A DNA stretch of 64,000 bases from Terriglobia bacterium (GCA_965223005.1 CBDCVK010000010.1:1019656-1083655); one strand, 5' to 3'. Positions 1 to 8,971 are shown, counted from the first letter of the stretch. Notes: generated from the letters alone by a model not told the origin. Numbers and translations: made by a program.

Positions 1-737
1 CTGTGGCTGGCGATGACCGGGGCCTGCGTCACCTCCAAGGCGTCGTAGAAGGTTCGGTCCGAGACGTGGGATATGTCCACCATCATGCCCAGCCGGTTCA
101 TGCGAGCGACGATGGCGCGGCCCTTCTCGTTCAACCCGCGCTTGCGGCCGGCATCGCCGGAGGAGCCGGCCCAGGAGGTGGAAATGGACCAGGTGAGGGT
201 CATGTAGCGGACACCCAGCCGGTAGAAAACGTCGAGCACGCGCGGCTTGTCTTCGATGGCGTGTCCGCCTTCAACACCCATCAACGCGGCCAGCTTGCCG
301 GCGGCATGAACGCGGCGGATGTCGTCCGCCGTGCGCGCCAGCTCCAGCTCGCTCGAGTGGCGCTCCACCTGGTCCAGCACGGCGTCAATTTGCGTCAGGG
401 CCTGCCGCAAGTAATGCGGCTTGTAGCTGGGGCGCACCCAGATGGAAAAAAAGACGGCATCCAGGCCACCCTCGCGCATGCGGGGCAGGTCCAGATGGCC
501 GTCCGGGTCGCGGAGGCTCAGGTCCAGGTTCTCTTCCACCAGGCGCTTCGTGGTGTCGGCGTGGGTGTCAATGACGATTGCGCGGCGGTGAATCTGTCGC
601 GCCTGGCTCAGGCTGTCCCTCGGTTGCGGATTGCGGACTTCAGGTTTCGAATTTCGCGTTTCGGATTCCGGATCTGCTGGGCGGCAGGCCAGAACAATGA
701 GCGCCAGGAGGAATAAAAGGACAACGGACCGAATCAT
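1..737 (-). CDS. Membrane dipeptidase (peptidase M19, renal-dipeptidase family) lipoprotein; 3' end runs off the window
   Basis: Hand translation of the minus strand from ATG (rc of 735-737) gives MIRSVVLLFLLALIVLAC (lipobox) ... AIVIDTHADT ... VGVEGGHAIED ... MTLTW ... VDISHVSDRTFYDALE, which is typical M19. It has no stop inside the window, so it is absent from the ORF track. The listed plus-strand ORF 3..716 is its antisense shadow. Confidence 0.7.
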   Translation of the reverse strand, partial: MIRSVVLLFLLALIVLACRPADPESETRNSKPEVRNPQPRDSLSQARQIHRRAIVIDTHADTTKRLVEENLDLSLRDPDGHLDLPRMREGGLDAVFFSIWVRPSYKPHYLRQALTQIDAVLDQVERHSSELELARTADDIRRVHAAGKLAALMGVEGGHAIEDKPRVLDVFYRLGVRYMTLTWSISTSWAGSSGDAGRKRGLNEKGRAIVARMNRLGMMVDISHVSDRTFYDALEVTQAPVIASH

Positions 738-1000
738 TCGGTGAACTCCACCTGCTGCCCGAGCTCCTGGATCAGGGCGTCGGCCACTTCTTCGGCGGTG
801 CCCGGCCGTTCCTGTTTCGGCGTCCAGTTCCACTGATTCAGATAGTCGTCGGTGCCGGCCAAGCCTTCCCTCATGGCGATCTTGTCAATCTCTTCCTGGA
901 ACCGGCCGGGCATGGGCCGCGACAGAGTTCTCTGGCCCTCGGCGGACACCTTCACCTGCGCCGGGATATGCTTCCAGTAGAGGATCTGGTATTTCGCCAT
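734..1000 (-). CDS. Small conserved hypothetical protein (88 aa), last gene before the dipeptidase
   Basis: ORF MAKYQILYWKHIPAQVKV... overlaps the dipeptidase start by ATGA-type coupling and follows the pterin-binding methyltransferase. Family not recognised. Confidence 0.45.
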   Translation of the reverse strand: MAKYQILYWKHIPAQVKVSAEGQRTLSRPMPGRFQEEIDKIAMREGLAGTDDYLNQWNWTPKQERPGTAEEVADALIQELGQQVEFTE

Positions 1001-1008
1001 ATGTTTCC

Positions 1009-2061
1009 CTACCCAGCGGTGACGGGCTCCAGTTCCCCCTTGCGGTAGGCGCGGAGGAAGTTCTTACAGTTCCGGTCGTGCCCTGTCAGCATGTCCTGGG
1101 CCAGCTGATAGGGCCGGGAACTCTTGTCTGCCGAGAACACCCGGTTCAGATCGTTGCCCACGGGGTCCACGATGCCGCTGTCGGCGCCTGCTTCCACGGA
1201 GAGATTGATGAACGCCTCGTTGATCAACCGGCGGCAAGGGAGGCCGAACGACACGTTGCTCAAGCCGCCCGTCAGGTGAATCTTCTCGCCGTACTTCTCA
1301 CGCAGCTGGCGGATCGCCTCCAGGTAATGGTTTCCGAACTGACCGTCCACCGAGATGGGGAAGACCAGGCCGTCCACATAAAGGTCCTCAATGGGGAGGC
1401 TCTTAGCCAGGGCGGTATCGATCACCTGGGAAGCGTTGGCCACTCGCTCCTCGGTGTTTTGGGGCATGCCGCTGGAGCCAGAGGCCGTGACGATCACCGA
1501 CAGGTTGCGCTCCCGGGCCAGGTCCAGTGCCTCCAGCCGTTCCAGCGAGGCGGAGTTCAGCATGGCCCGGCCTGTGCTCCCCGAGCAGGCCTGAATGCCG
1601 GCGCGAATGGTGTCCAGATTGGAGGAATCAATCGAGAGCGGCACCGGCGCCAGCGGTTCGATGGCGCGCACCAGCCAGCGCATCGCTTCGAACTGTTTGT
1701 CCGGGTAGAGGGAGACCTCGTCCACGTTCAAGTCCAGGAAGTCCGCGCCGCCTTTGAGCTGCCGCGTCATCAGCGCGCGCAGGTACTCCATTCCTTCGGT
1801 GGCGGCGGGCTCGCCGCCCGACATGGCCGCCCTCACCGCGATGGCCACGTGCTTGACGCGCCCCTCCTCATAGTCCTGCTGGCTCTTGACCTGTTCCGGG
1901 ATGATCAGGTAGCGGGTTTCTCCGCTCGCGCTGGTGTAGCGGACCGCCTCCTCACCGCTGGGAGTGGTGGTGACTAGCTTGCCAGCGCGGCGCAAGACGC
2001 GGGTCGTGTGGATGTTTTCCCCGATGACAACGAATTCCTTGTTCAAGTCTTGAGGTTTCAT
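1009..2061 (-). CDS. Pterin-binding methyltransferase, likely methyl-THF:corrinoid methyltransferase (MT2; MtvA/CmuB/AcsE-like)
   Basis: 350 aa. FVVIGENIH near the N-terminus and a GLSNVSFG motif are typical of the DHPS-like pterin-binding fold (MetH/AcsE/MtrH). 4-nt overlap with the upstream MTHFR gene. Confidence 0.8.
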   Translation of the reverse strand: MKPQDLNKEFVVIGENIHTTRVLRRAGKLVTTTPSGEEAVRYTSASGETRYLIIPEQVKSQQDYEEGRVKHVAIAVRAAMSGGEPAATEGMEYLRALMTRQLKGGADFLDLNVDEVSLYPDKQFEAMRWLVRAIEPLAPVPLSIDSSNLDTIRAGIQACSGSTGRAMLNSASLERLEALDLARERNLSVIVTASGSSGMPQNTEERVANASQVIDTALAKSLPIEDLYVDGLVFPISVDGQFGNHYLEAIRQLREKYGEKIHLTGGLSNVSFGLPCRRLINEAFINLSVEAGADSGIVDPVGNDLNRVFSADKSSRPYQLAQDMLTGHDRNCKNFLRAYRKGELEPVTAG

Positions 2062-3605
2062 TGTTCCTTTGGTTTCTTAGGGGCGTTATGGTCCCGCTCG
2101 AGGAAGGCATTGGCCCAGGCGCTGGTGCCTCGCAGCGCTCCATTGCGGAAGACCACGGGCCGGTCGAGCATCTGCTCCTCCTCGCCATAGGCCTTCAGAC
2201 GCTGGTAGGCGCGGCTCCAGATGCACTCCTTCTCCCCGACTTCGCACAGGCCCTGCCGCGTTCCTCCGCAGGGACCGTTGCGTTGGTTCTTCACGCATTG
2301 CGACTCGGGACAGAGGTAGGCGATGTCCGGGAGGGAGCAGTCGCCGCAGTCCTGACAGTCGAAGGCTAGGATTTTGAATGCGTGCTCGGCCGTGTGCAGC
2401 GCCTTGCGTATCCGCGGCGATCCCTCCACCGACTGGTAGAGCGCCTTTCCCGCCCGGAACCCCGAGGAGCCCTGCTCGAATAGCTCCCCGTGCACCAGGC
2501 GGTTGAGCCGGTAGGAGAGCGGCGCGCCGGCCGGCGAGGCTTTCGAGCGTAAGTACTCGCGGTTGACCTCCGAGGAACTGAGGCCCGTCTTTGGATCGGG
2601 CTCAAAGTAGTAGAACTCGTCAGGCTGGGCGAAACGAATCTGGCGGGCAAACTCCTTCCAGTCATTGTCGCCGAAGCTGTCCCAGATCTGGAGGATCCGC
2701 TCGTAGTCTTCGAACCGCAGATGCCCCCCCAGGTAGACCCCCCGATAGCCGAGTCCCCGGGCGATGGCGCACTGCTTGGCGGCGAACTCCAGGAAGAATG
2801 CCTTGCCCTTGTCGGGCGAGGCTCCCTGCTCCTCGGCCAGCCCCAGCAGTTCATCGGTGATCACGGCGCCGGGAATCCGGCCAGCGTGAAAGAAGCGTGA
2901 GGCGGGGGTGCTGAGGACGTAGACATTGCACAGAACGGGCACCTGGAGTCCCTTCAGCGCCATGTAGCGCAGTAACTCATCCTGCTTTCGCGCGTCGTAG
3001 CCGATCTGGTTGATGATGAAGCGGGCGCCGGCCTCGACCTTCTTGGCCAGCTTAAAGTACTGCGGCATCACCTCGCCCTCATAGCGCTTGTGGTTGTTCA
3101 CCACCGCGCCGAGGAAAAATTTGGTCCCCTCCATGTGGGAGTACATTTGCAGCAAACCGACCGAATCCGTGTCAAAGACAGGGGCGGCCTGGCCCTGGTA
3201 GCCGGTCACCGGGTAGTCACCGGACAGCGTCAGCACATTGTGGAAGCCTTCGCTCGCCAACTTCCAGCCGCGGCTCTCCAGCGCGTTGCGGTTCCAATCC
3301 TTGCAAGAGAGGTGAATGATGACCTCCTGGCCGCGGGAGATCAGGTCGGTGCCCAAGGTGTCAGCGCTAAGCATCGCGCTCCCGCCCGGGTTGTCCGTGA
3401 TGCTGAGGGCATGGAAGCGCGGATGCTCGGCCAGCAACCGCGCCATTTCCAGAACGCGGCGGCCGCTGCGCTCGATGATCAGACCGCGGGAAGTCACCAG
3501 CTCGACCACAATGAGGAAGCTGGAGGTTTCCTCCATCTGGTAGCGGAACGTTCGCTTGCTCCAGGCACCGGAAGTTGGCCGCGTGGGCCCGGGAGATGCG
3601 CTCAC
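2058..3605 (-). CDS. metF: Methylenetetrahydrofolate reductase (MetF-like) fused to a MetV-like Cys-rich C-terminal domain
   Basis: 515 aa. The N-terminal ~300 aa resemble the MTHFR TIM barrel. The C-terminus carries CQDCGDCS...CPESQC...GPCGG...C, a cluster typical of the MTHFR C-terminal (MetV) zinc-ribbon domain. ATGA overlaps with both neighbours. Confidence 0.75.
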   Translation of the reverse strand: MSASPGPTRPTSGAWSKRTFRYQMEETSSFLIVVELVTSRGLIIERSGRRVLEMARLLAEHPRFHALSITDNPGGSAMLSADTLGTDLISRGQEVIIHLSCKDWNRNALESRGWKLASEGFHNVLTLSGDYPVTGYQGQAAPVFDTDSVGLLQMYSHMEGTKFFLGAVVNNHKRYEGEVMPQYFKLAKKVEAGARFIINQIGYDARKQDELLRYMALKGLQVPVLCNVYVLSTPASRFFHAGRIPGAVITDELLGLAEEQGASPDKGKAFFLEFAAKQCAIARGLGYRGVYLGGHLRFEDYERILQIWDSFGDNDWKEFARQIRFAQPDEFYYFEPDPKTGLSSSEVNREYLRSKASPAGAPLSYRLNRLVHGELFEQGSSGFRAGKALYQSVEGSPRIRKALHTAEHAFKILAFDCQDCGDCSLPDIAYLCPESQCVKNQRNGPCGGTRQGLCEVGEKECIWSRAYQRLKAYGEEEQMLDRPVVFRNGALRGTSAWANAFLERDHNAPKKPKEQ

Positions 3606-5233
3606 GGCTTCCCTCCGAACGCCGCAGGCATGGGCTTAAACTGGCAGCCCTCGACAAAGACGTCAAAAAAGTCGGGGGTCGTTTCCAGCTCAATGTGCTC
3701 GATGCCTTTGACCAGTTCCTCGATGGCGCGGCGCTTGCGCCGCGACAGCAGGATCTGCCGCGCTCCGGCCACCGCGGCGTTGCCTACCTTGACGACGCGA
3801 TCCTCGGGCACCGGCGCCAGGAACCCGATCTCGACGGCATGGCCCACGTTGACGTAATTCGCGAAACCACCGGCCAGGTACAGCCGGCTGATGTCAGCCG
3901 GACGCACACCGAACCGGCGCAAGGCGATGTACTGGCCGCAGTAATTGGCGGCTTTGGCCTGCGCCAGGTTGCTGGCGTCTTGCCGCGAGAAGGTGATGCC
4001 CTGCTCGGGCACGATGGGGAGCTCGTACTGCTTCTTGGCAAAGACGCCTTTCGGCGTCATCAGCCCATGCCGGCGCAGCTCGGCGAGTAGATCGATCAGA
4101 CCCGAGCCGCAGATTCCCTTCGGCGCGGCGTTGCCGATGGTCTGGTAGTCCCAGGTATTGCCGCTCAGCCGCAGCGCCTCGATGGCTCCGTCGCCGGCGG
4201 TCATGCCGTACTTGATGAGCCCACCCTCAAAGGCTGGACCCGCCGGGCAGGAAGTGGCCAAAAGCCGGCCGGCATGGCCCACCACTACCTCTGTATTGGT
4301 GCCCACATCCACCAACATGACCGGGTCGCGTTGGGAGGCGATATCGATCGCGACCAGGTCGGCGAGGGTGTCCGCCCCCACGTGGCTGGCCACCAGGGGA
4401 GCCCCCACGACACGGGCCTTGGGATGCGTCAGCAGGCCCAGGCGGTGAGCCAGCTCGGTCAGCGCCGTCGTTGTGCGCTGCCCGGCCAGGTATTCGTGCT
4501 CGACCAGCGACTTGTAGGGTTTCTGGCCGATGGACTGCACGTCCAGATTGAAGAACAGGTCGCGCATCGTAGAGTTGCCGACCAGAATGGCCTCGTAAAT
4601 CTCATGGCGCACGATTCCCAGTGTCTGACACATCGCCCGCAGCTCGTAGTTGACTGCCGTGATCACACTCTTGTGGAGTTCACCCTGGAATGGGCCGGAA
4701 TCGTAGGAGATGCGGTGCATGATGTCGCTGCCGCCGAAGCGCTGAGGGTTCTCCAGCGAGCCCAGGCAGGCGACCGCGCCCGTCTCCAGGTCCACGAGCT
4801 CGACAACAATGGTGGTGGTACCCAGGTCAATGGCCAGGCCGTAAAGGTGGCCGCGGTAGTGGTCAACCACCTCGCCGTCGTAGAGGACTTTGTCGCCGGC
4901 GCGGGTGACCAACGGATCCAGTTCAACTGCGGTGGCGGCGGAACTGGTCAGAATCTGCGGGCGGCGGCGGAGCAGTTCGAACGCAACGTCAATGTCGGGA
5001 TCTTCGACCACCGCCTGGCAGGCCAGCCGGTAGTTCTCCCGCAGGAACTCTTCCGCCTCGGTGCGCGGACATAAGGCCTCCACGCCGCGCTTGATTTCCA
5101 CGATGCATTCGTGACAGATGCCGCTGCGGCCGCAGGAGGTGGGCACCTGCACGGCGAGATCGTCGGCATAGTCGAAAACGGTGCGGCCCCGCTCCAGGCT
5201 GCAGCGGCTGCTGTCATAGGAGATGTGGGCCAT
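3602..5233 (-). CDS. RACo-type reductive activator of corrinoid proteins (N-terminal 2Fe-2S ferredoxin domain plus ASKHA ATPase)
   Basis: 543 aa. N-terminus has SCGRSGICHEC...C (plant-type ferredoxin Cys pattern); the body has the ASKHA motif LAIDLGTTT. ATG at rc 5231-5233. Confidence 0.8.
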   Translation of the reverse strand: MAHISYDSSRCSLERGRTVFDYADDLAVQVPTSCGRSGICHECIVEIKRGVEALCPRTEAEEFLRENYRLACQAVVEDPDIDVAFELLRRRPQILTSSAATAVELDPLVTRAGDKVLYDGEVVDHYRGHLYGLAIDLGTTTIVVELVDLETGAVACLGSLENPQRFGGSDIMHRISYDSGPFQGELHKSVITAVNYELRAMCQTLGIVRHEIYEAILVGNSTMRDLFFNLDVQSIGQKPYKSLVEHEYLAGQRTTTALTELAHRLGLLTHPKARVVGAPLVASHVGADTLADLVAIDIASQRDPVMLVDVGTNTEVVVGHAGRLLATSCPAGPAFEGGLIKYGMTAGDGAIEALRLSGNTWDYQTIGNAAPKGICGSGLIDLLAELRRHGLMTPKGVFAKKQYELPIVPEQGITFSRQDASNLAQAKAANYCGQYIALRRFGVRPADISRLYLAGGFANYVNVGHAVEIGFLAPVPEDRVVKVGNAAVAGARQILLSRRKRRAIEELVKGIEHIELETTPDFFDVFVEGCQFKPMPAAFGGKP

Positions 5234-5237
5234 CTTT

Positions 5238-5273
5238 GCTCAGGAGGTTCCCGGGGCTCAGGAGGTTCCCGGG
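5238..5273. repeat. Perfect 18-nt tandem duplication gctcaggaggttcccggg x2 immediately upstream of the RACo start codon
   Basis: 5238-5255 equals 5256-5273. Lies in the 41-nt spacer between the small Cys ORF and RACo. Confidence 0.9.
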
Positions 5274-5274
5274 G

Positions 5275-5517
5275 TCAGGCAGTTTCCCACGCCTTTCGGT
5301 AATCCAGCTTGTCGTCGCTGGCGCACACGGGCAGCTCCCCAGCCTGCTTGGGCTTGCGCTTGTTGCGGCAGCCAAACTGCGCCGTGCATTGGTCCAGGCG
5401 GTTCTTGTAAGGGCAACGCCGGAGAGACAGCTCGTCGGCGTGCGCCGCGATCCCCGTCAGGATTTCGGTGAGCCGGTCCAGGCGTTTTTGGTACTCGTGT
5501 TGGTCGATTTTCTCCAT
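5275..5517 (-). CDS. Small Cys-containing hypothetical protein (80 aa) inside the corrinoid operon
   Basis: The ORF exactly fills the 300-nt gap between the corrinoid-protein gene and RACo. It has 4 Cys; no family recognised. Confidence 0.35.
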   Translation of the reverse strand: MEKIDQHEYQKRLDRLTEILTGIAAHADELSLRRCPYKNRLDQCTAQFGCRNKRKPKQAGELPVCASDDKLDYRKAWETA

Positions 5518-5533
5518 GCCGTCGCCCTAGAGT

Positions 5534-6283
5534 CTAGACCGGCACCCCCATCAGCCGCTTGGCTAGCGCGACGCAGGCCATCGCGTCCTTGCCGTAACCG
5601 TCGGCTCCCATGTCGTCGGCAAAGTCCTGTGTGACAGGCGCGCCGCCGACCATGATTTTCACGTTGTCCCGCAGGTCGGCGTCAATAAAGGCTTCGATCG
5701 TCTTGCCCATGTTGGGCATGGTGGTGGTCAGCAGCGCGGACATCCCCATCAGGGGGGCCTCGTGCTCCTCGACGGCCTCAATGAACCGGTCCGCCGAGGT
5801 GTCCACTCCCAGGTCAATCACCACAAAGCCGGTGCCTCGCAACATCATGATGCACAGGTTCTTGCCGATGTCGTGCAGGTCTCCTTTGACGGTGCCCATG
5901 ACCACCTTGGCAATGGGCTTAACGCCGGAGGCCGACAGGATGGGCTCAATGTAGGCCATGCCCGCCTTCATTGCCCGAGCGCAGGCCAGAACTTCCGGCA
6001 CAAAGATGAAGTTCTCCCGGAACTTGATGCCGACAATCCCCATGCCGGCAATCAAGCCGTCGTCCATCACCTCCAGCGCCACGGTCCCTGCCTCCAGCTC
6101 CTCTTTGGTCAGTTGATCCACCGTGCCGTTGTCACCGTCAATCAGCGCCGCCGCGATGGTCTGCATTTTCGGCCTGACCTTCGCGAAGGTGTCAATCATG
6201 CGCTGCCGCTCTTCGGGACGCTCGATGTACTCTTCGATCTCCTGCCGGATGAAGTCGTTGGAAATGTCGCTGAGCTCCGCCAT
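5534..6283 (-). CDS. Cobalamin-binding corrinoid protein (MtvC/MtaC/CmuA-C-domain-like)
   Basis: 249 aa with an N-terminal helical cap and a Rossmann-like B12-binding domain containing the DxHxxG motif as GDLHDIGKN. Confidence 0.85.
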   Translation of the reverse strand: MAELSDISNDFIRQEIEEYIERPEERQRMIDTFAKVRPKMQTIAAALIDGDNGTVDQLTKEELEAGTVALEVMDDGLIAGMGIVGIKFRENFIFVPEVLACARAMKAGMAYIEPILSASGVKPIAKVVMGTVKGDLHDIGKNLCIMMLRGTGFVVIDLGVDTSADRFIEAVEEHEAPLMGMSALLTTTMPNMGKTIEAFIDADLRDNVKIMVGGAPVTQDFADDMGADGYGKDAMACVALAKRLMGVPV

Positions 6284-6304
6284 AGTGTGTTCCTAAGCCC
6301 GTTC

Positions 6305-7342
6305 CTAGTTGGCCGAGGCGTGCTGCCGGTGCCACTCGCGCACGGCCCCGGGAATCTCCTTAAGGTTCTCGACCGTAGTCTGCAGCGGGATGGCGCACTC
6401 CGGGCCCACCAACTGCACGCCCGCGTCCAGGTTCTTCCAAACCTCTTGCCGGACTTCCTCAGGGCCCCTCGAATACAGGATCTCCGGATTGTTGATGTTT
6501 CCCACCAGCGAGATGCGGTTCTTCATGATCGCCATCGATTCGGCGGGGTCGTTCTTGGAATCGTAGTGAAACGCCGCGAATCCGGTCTGCGCAATGTACT
6601 CCATGCGGTCCAGCGTGCGGCCACAGATGTGCATAATCAGCGGAATCGGAATCCGCTCGGCAAACTCGATGTGCATGTCGCGCAGGTAGCGCCGGTAGTA
6701 CTCGCCGCTGACCAGGTCGCCGGTGGCGTGGTCGGGCAGAGTCAGGGCATCGGCGCCCGCTTCGATCTGGGCCAGGCCAAAGTCAATGGTGACCTGCTTG
6801 AGTGCCTCCAGGCACTGCATGGTCTTGCCCGGATCATCCAGCGACAGCAGCAGAAACGGCTCCACGCCGAAGCAGTGGTAGGCCAGCGACCAGGGTCCCA
6901 TCGTCTTGCCGACGATCGCCACCTCGTCGCCGAACTCTCGGCGCAGAATCTTGATGGCCTGGATCACGCACTGCATGTCGGGATGCTTCAGCACGTCCGC
7001 GGGAATCCGGATGTCTTCCGGCTTCTCGAAGATCGGCTCGCGCATTTTCACCGTCGGCCAGTTGTCTTTCTGCTCCCACTGGATCTTGCAGCCCAGTGCG
7101 GAAGACTCCTGAATGATGCTGAAGACCGGCATGATGGTGTCGAAGCCGAACTCGGTGTGTCCGGTGGCGGCCAGCCGCGCCATCAGTTCCGGCTTGCGGT
7201 TGGCGTCCGGGAAGGGTGCGTCCACCAGATCCATCATCTCCACCGTGGCCACCGAGGTGGGGTTGCAGACCGGCGTGCGGTCCACCGGCTCGCGGCGCAA
7301 GGCGGCCAGCACGCGCTGGCGACTCGTCATTGGTCCGACCAT
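6305..7342 (-). CDS. Uroporphyrinogen-decarboxylase-family methyltransferase (MtaA/MtvB/CmuA-N-like), probably the substrate:corrinoid methyltransferase MT1
   Basis: 345 aa. Length and overall similarity fit the URO-D superfamily methyltransferases that pair with corrinoid proteins. Confidence 0.75.
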   Translation of the reverse strand: MVGPMTSRQRVLAALRREPVDRTPVCNPTSVATVEMMDLVDAPFPDANRKPELMARLAATGHTEFGFDTIMPVFSIIQESSALGCKIQWEQKDNWPTVKMREPIFEKPEDIRIPADVLKHPDMQCVIQAIKILRREFGDEVAIVGKTMGPWSLAYHCFGVEPFLLLSLDDPGKTMQCLEALKQVTIDFGLAQIEAGADALTLPDHATGDLVSGEYYRRYLRDMHIEFAERIPIPLIMHICGRTLDRMEYIAQTGFAAFHYDSKNDPAESMAIMKNRISLVGNINNPEILYSRGPEEVRQEVWKNLDAGVQLVGPECAIPLQTTVENLKEIPGAVREWHRQHASAN

Positions 7343-7363
7343 CTCCTTCTCCTCTCTTTCCCT

Positions 7364-8044
7364 CTACGCTTTTTGCTGGCTCGGCGCGACCAACTGGCCG
7401 CGGGAGGCAGCCGCCTCTTCTTCGCGCAACACCGCGCGCAGGTTCAAGGTGCGAACCAGCAACAACCCGACCAGCGCATCGTGGGTCTGCCCGCAGGGGA
7501 ATGCCACCCGGTCGGCGCTGCCTTCCACCGGCGACATCTCGGCCAGCTTCCGGAATCCGGCTGCGATGGCTTCCACCCGCTTAGACTTGTCTTCCTCGGG
7601 CCCGTCTGCCGTTACCTGGTAGACCCCCGCCCCCAGGCTCGCCACGACGATGTTTCGGCCCGATCGTTTGTCAAAGGCGCGGAGCGGCTTCGGTTCGAGC
7701 GCCGGGGTGGAGGGCAGCTTGCATGCCTCCAGAAAACCACGCTTGGCCCCAGCCTGGTGCGCCGAGCCACAGGAGAAGCGGAGCCGAACGTCCGTCCGCT
7801 CCGCCCCCGCCAGGTTCTCGAGCGCCCGGGCCACAAATTCGATTCGTTCGCGAACGCCTTCCAGCCGGCTGTAGCTGTGCACCAAGTATTCCGGCTGGTG
7901 ACCGCCATCCTGGCGATAGAGAGCAACGGTGATGTCCTGGCAATGGGGATCCATCGGGACCAGTTCGACGCGTTTACCCAGATCCAGCGTTAGGCCCATA
8001 GTCAGGATCCTCCTGGCAGAGAGTGCCGGCCGGCAGGGAGTCAA
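7364..8044 (-). CDS. Hypothetical protein leading the corrinoid-methyltransferase operon (true start may be the internal Met at 7999)
   Basis: 226-aa ORF with no recognisable domain. It sits directly upstream of the URO-D-family gene with a 21-nt gap. Confidence 0.4.
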   Translation of the reverse strand: MTPCRPALSARRILTMGLTLDLGKRVELVPMDPHCQDITVALYRQDGGHQPEYLVHSYSRLEGVRERIEFVARALENLAGAERTDVRLRFSCGSAHQAGAKRGFLEACKLPSTPALEPKPLRAFDKRSGRNIVVASLGAGVYQVTADGPEEDKSKRVEAIAAGFRKLAEMSPVEGSADRVAFPCGQTHDALVGLLLVRTLNLRAVLREEEAAASRGQLVAPSQQKA

Positions 8045-8152
8045 GCCGGAAGGGAATCAGGTTTGACATCCTGCCTGCTTGTCTGCTAAGCTGACACTTC
8101 AGTATACCCCAGTTGGCAGCAAGCTGTAAAGCCCCAGGAAGGTGTCAAGCCG

Positions 8153-8971
8153 ATGGTTGAGTCTCTCCAGCCAGTCGCTCGCAGGTTGCTCAGCGAGGGT
8201 ATCGTCGAGCAGATCACCGCTATGATTGCGCGCAACGTGTTCCAGCCGGGCGACCGCCTCCCCTCCGAGAAGGAGCTCTGCCGGCAGTTCCGGGTGGGCC
8301 GGACCTCGGTTCGGGAAGCACTGCGGTCGCTCTCGGTGATGGGGATCCTGGAATCGCACGCGGGCGAAGGAACCTTCGTTTGCCTCAACCCGGGCCGCTA
8401 TCTGGAGCGGGCCTTTCAGTGGGGCCTGCTGCTGGACCGCAAGGTAGTCGAGGACCTGGTGGAAACCCGGTTGATGCTGGAGTCGCAAACGGCCGATCTG
8501 GCTGCCCAGAAGGCAACGAAGAAAGACCTGAGCGACATCGAAGTGGCCCTTCAGGGCATGGAGAAATCGCTGGCCGATCCGGAGAAATACCTGGAAAGTG
8601 ACCTGCGGTTCCACCTGGGCATCGCCCGGGCGACGCAGAACTCGATCCTACACAACCTGCTGACCACCATCCGGGGCTATCTGCAGGCCTTTATCCGGGA
8701 GACCCTGGCGTCTTCCCCGGCCAGCGACTCGACCCGGCGAGCCGCTGTTTCCCTCGCCGAGCACAAGAAAATCTTGCGAGCCCTCAAGAAAGGTGACCCC
8801 GAGGAAGCGCGGCGGGCCATGACCGAGCACATCGTTTCCTCGCGAGACGATCTGAGGAAGCATCTGTCGAACCGTCCCCATGCGCGAGACCGCGACGTTG
8901 TTAGTCTTCTGCCCCGACCAGAAGGGGCTCGTGGCCAGGATTTCCGGGTTCATCTTTCGCCACGGCGGTAA
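8153..8971 (+). CDS. GntR-family transcriptional regulator (FadR/FCD subfamily)
   Basis: N-terminal wHTH (PSEKELCRQFRVGRTSVREALRSL) plus an all-helical FCD domain. Divergent from the methyltransferase operon. RBS aggaagg upstream. The 3' tail overlaps purU by 92 nt. Confidence 0.8.
   Translation: MVESLQPVARRLLSEGIVEQITAMIARNVFQPGDRLPSEKELCRQFRVGRTSVREALRSLSVMGILESHAGEGTFVCLNPGRYLERAFQWGLLLDRKVVEDLVETRLMLESQTADLAAQKATKKDLSDIEVALQGMEKSLADPEKYLESDLRFHLGIARATQNSILHNLLTTIRGYLQAFIRETLASSPASDSTRRAAVSLAEHKKILRALKKGDPEEARRAMTEHIVSSRDDLRKHLSNRPHARDRDVVSLLPRPEGARGQDFRVHLSPRR

Noticed and set aside
3-716. 237-aa plus-strand ORF at the window start
   Set aside because: It is the antisense shadow of the M19 dipeptidase encoded on the minus strand. 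Its composition (Gly/Ala/His/Arg-rich) is typical of reverse-frame ORFs in high-GC DNA and it has no motif.
5762-7993. 743-aa plus-strand ORF spanning the corrinoid-protein, URO-D and unknown genes
   Set aside because: Antisense to three well-supported minus-strand genes. Low-complexity R/G/H/L-rich product, no domain.
8045-8152. Cobalamin riboswitch upstream of the corrinoid operon
   Set aside because: No B12-box (GCCACTG) in either orientation; only a near-miss cagttggc. The region is short and better explained as a divergent promoter with a GntR operator.
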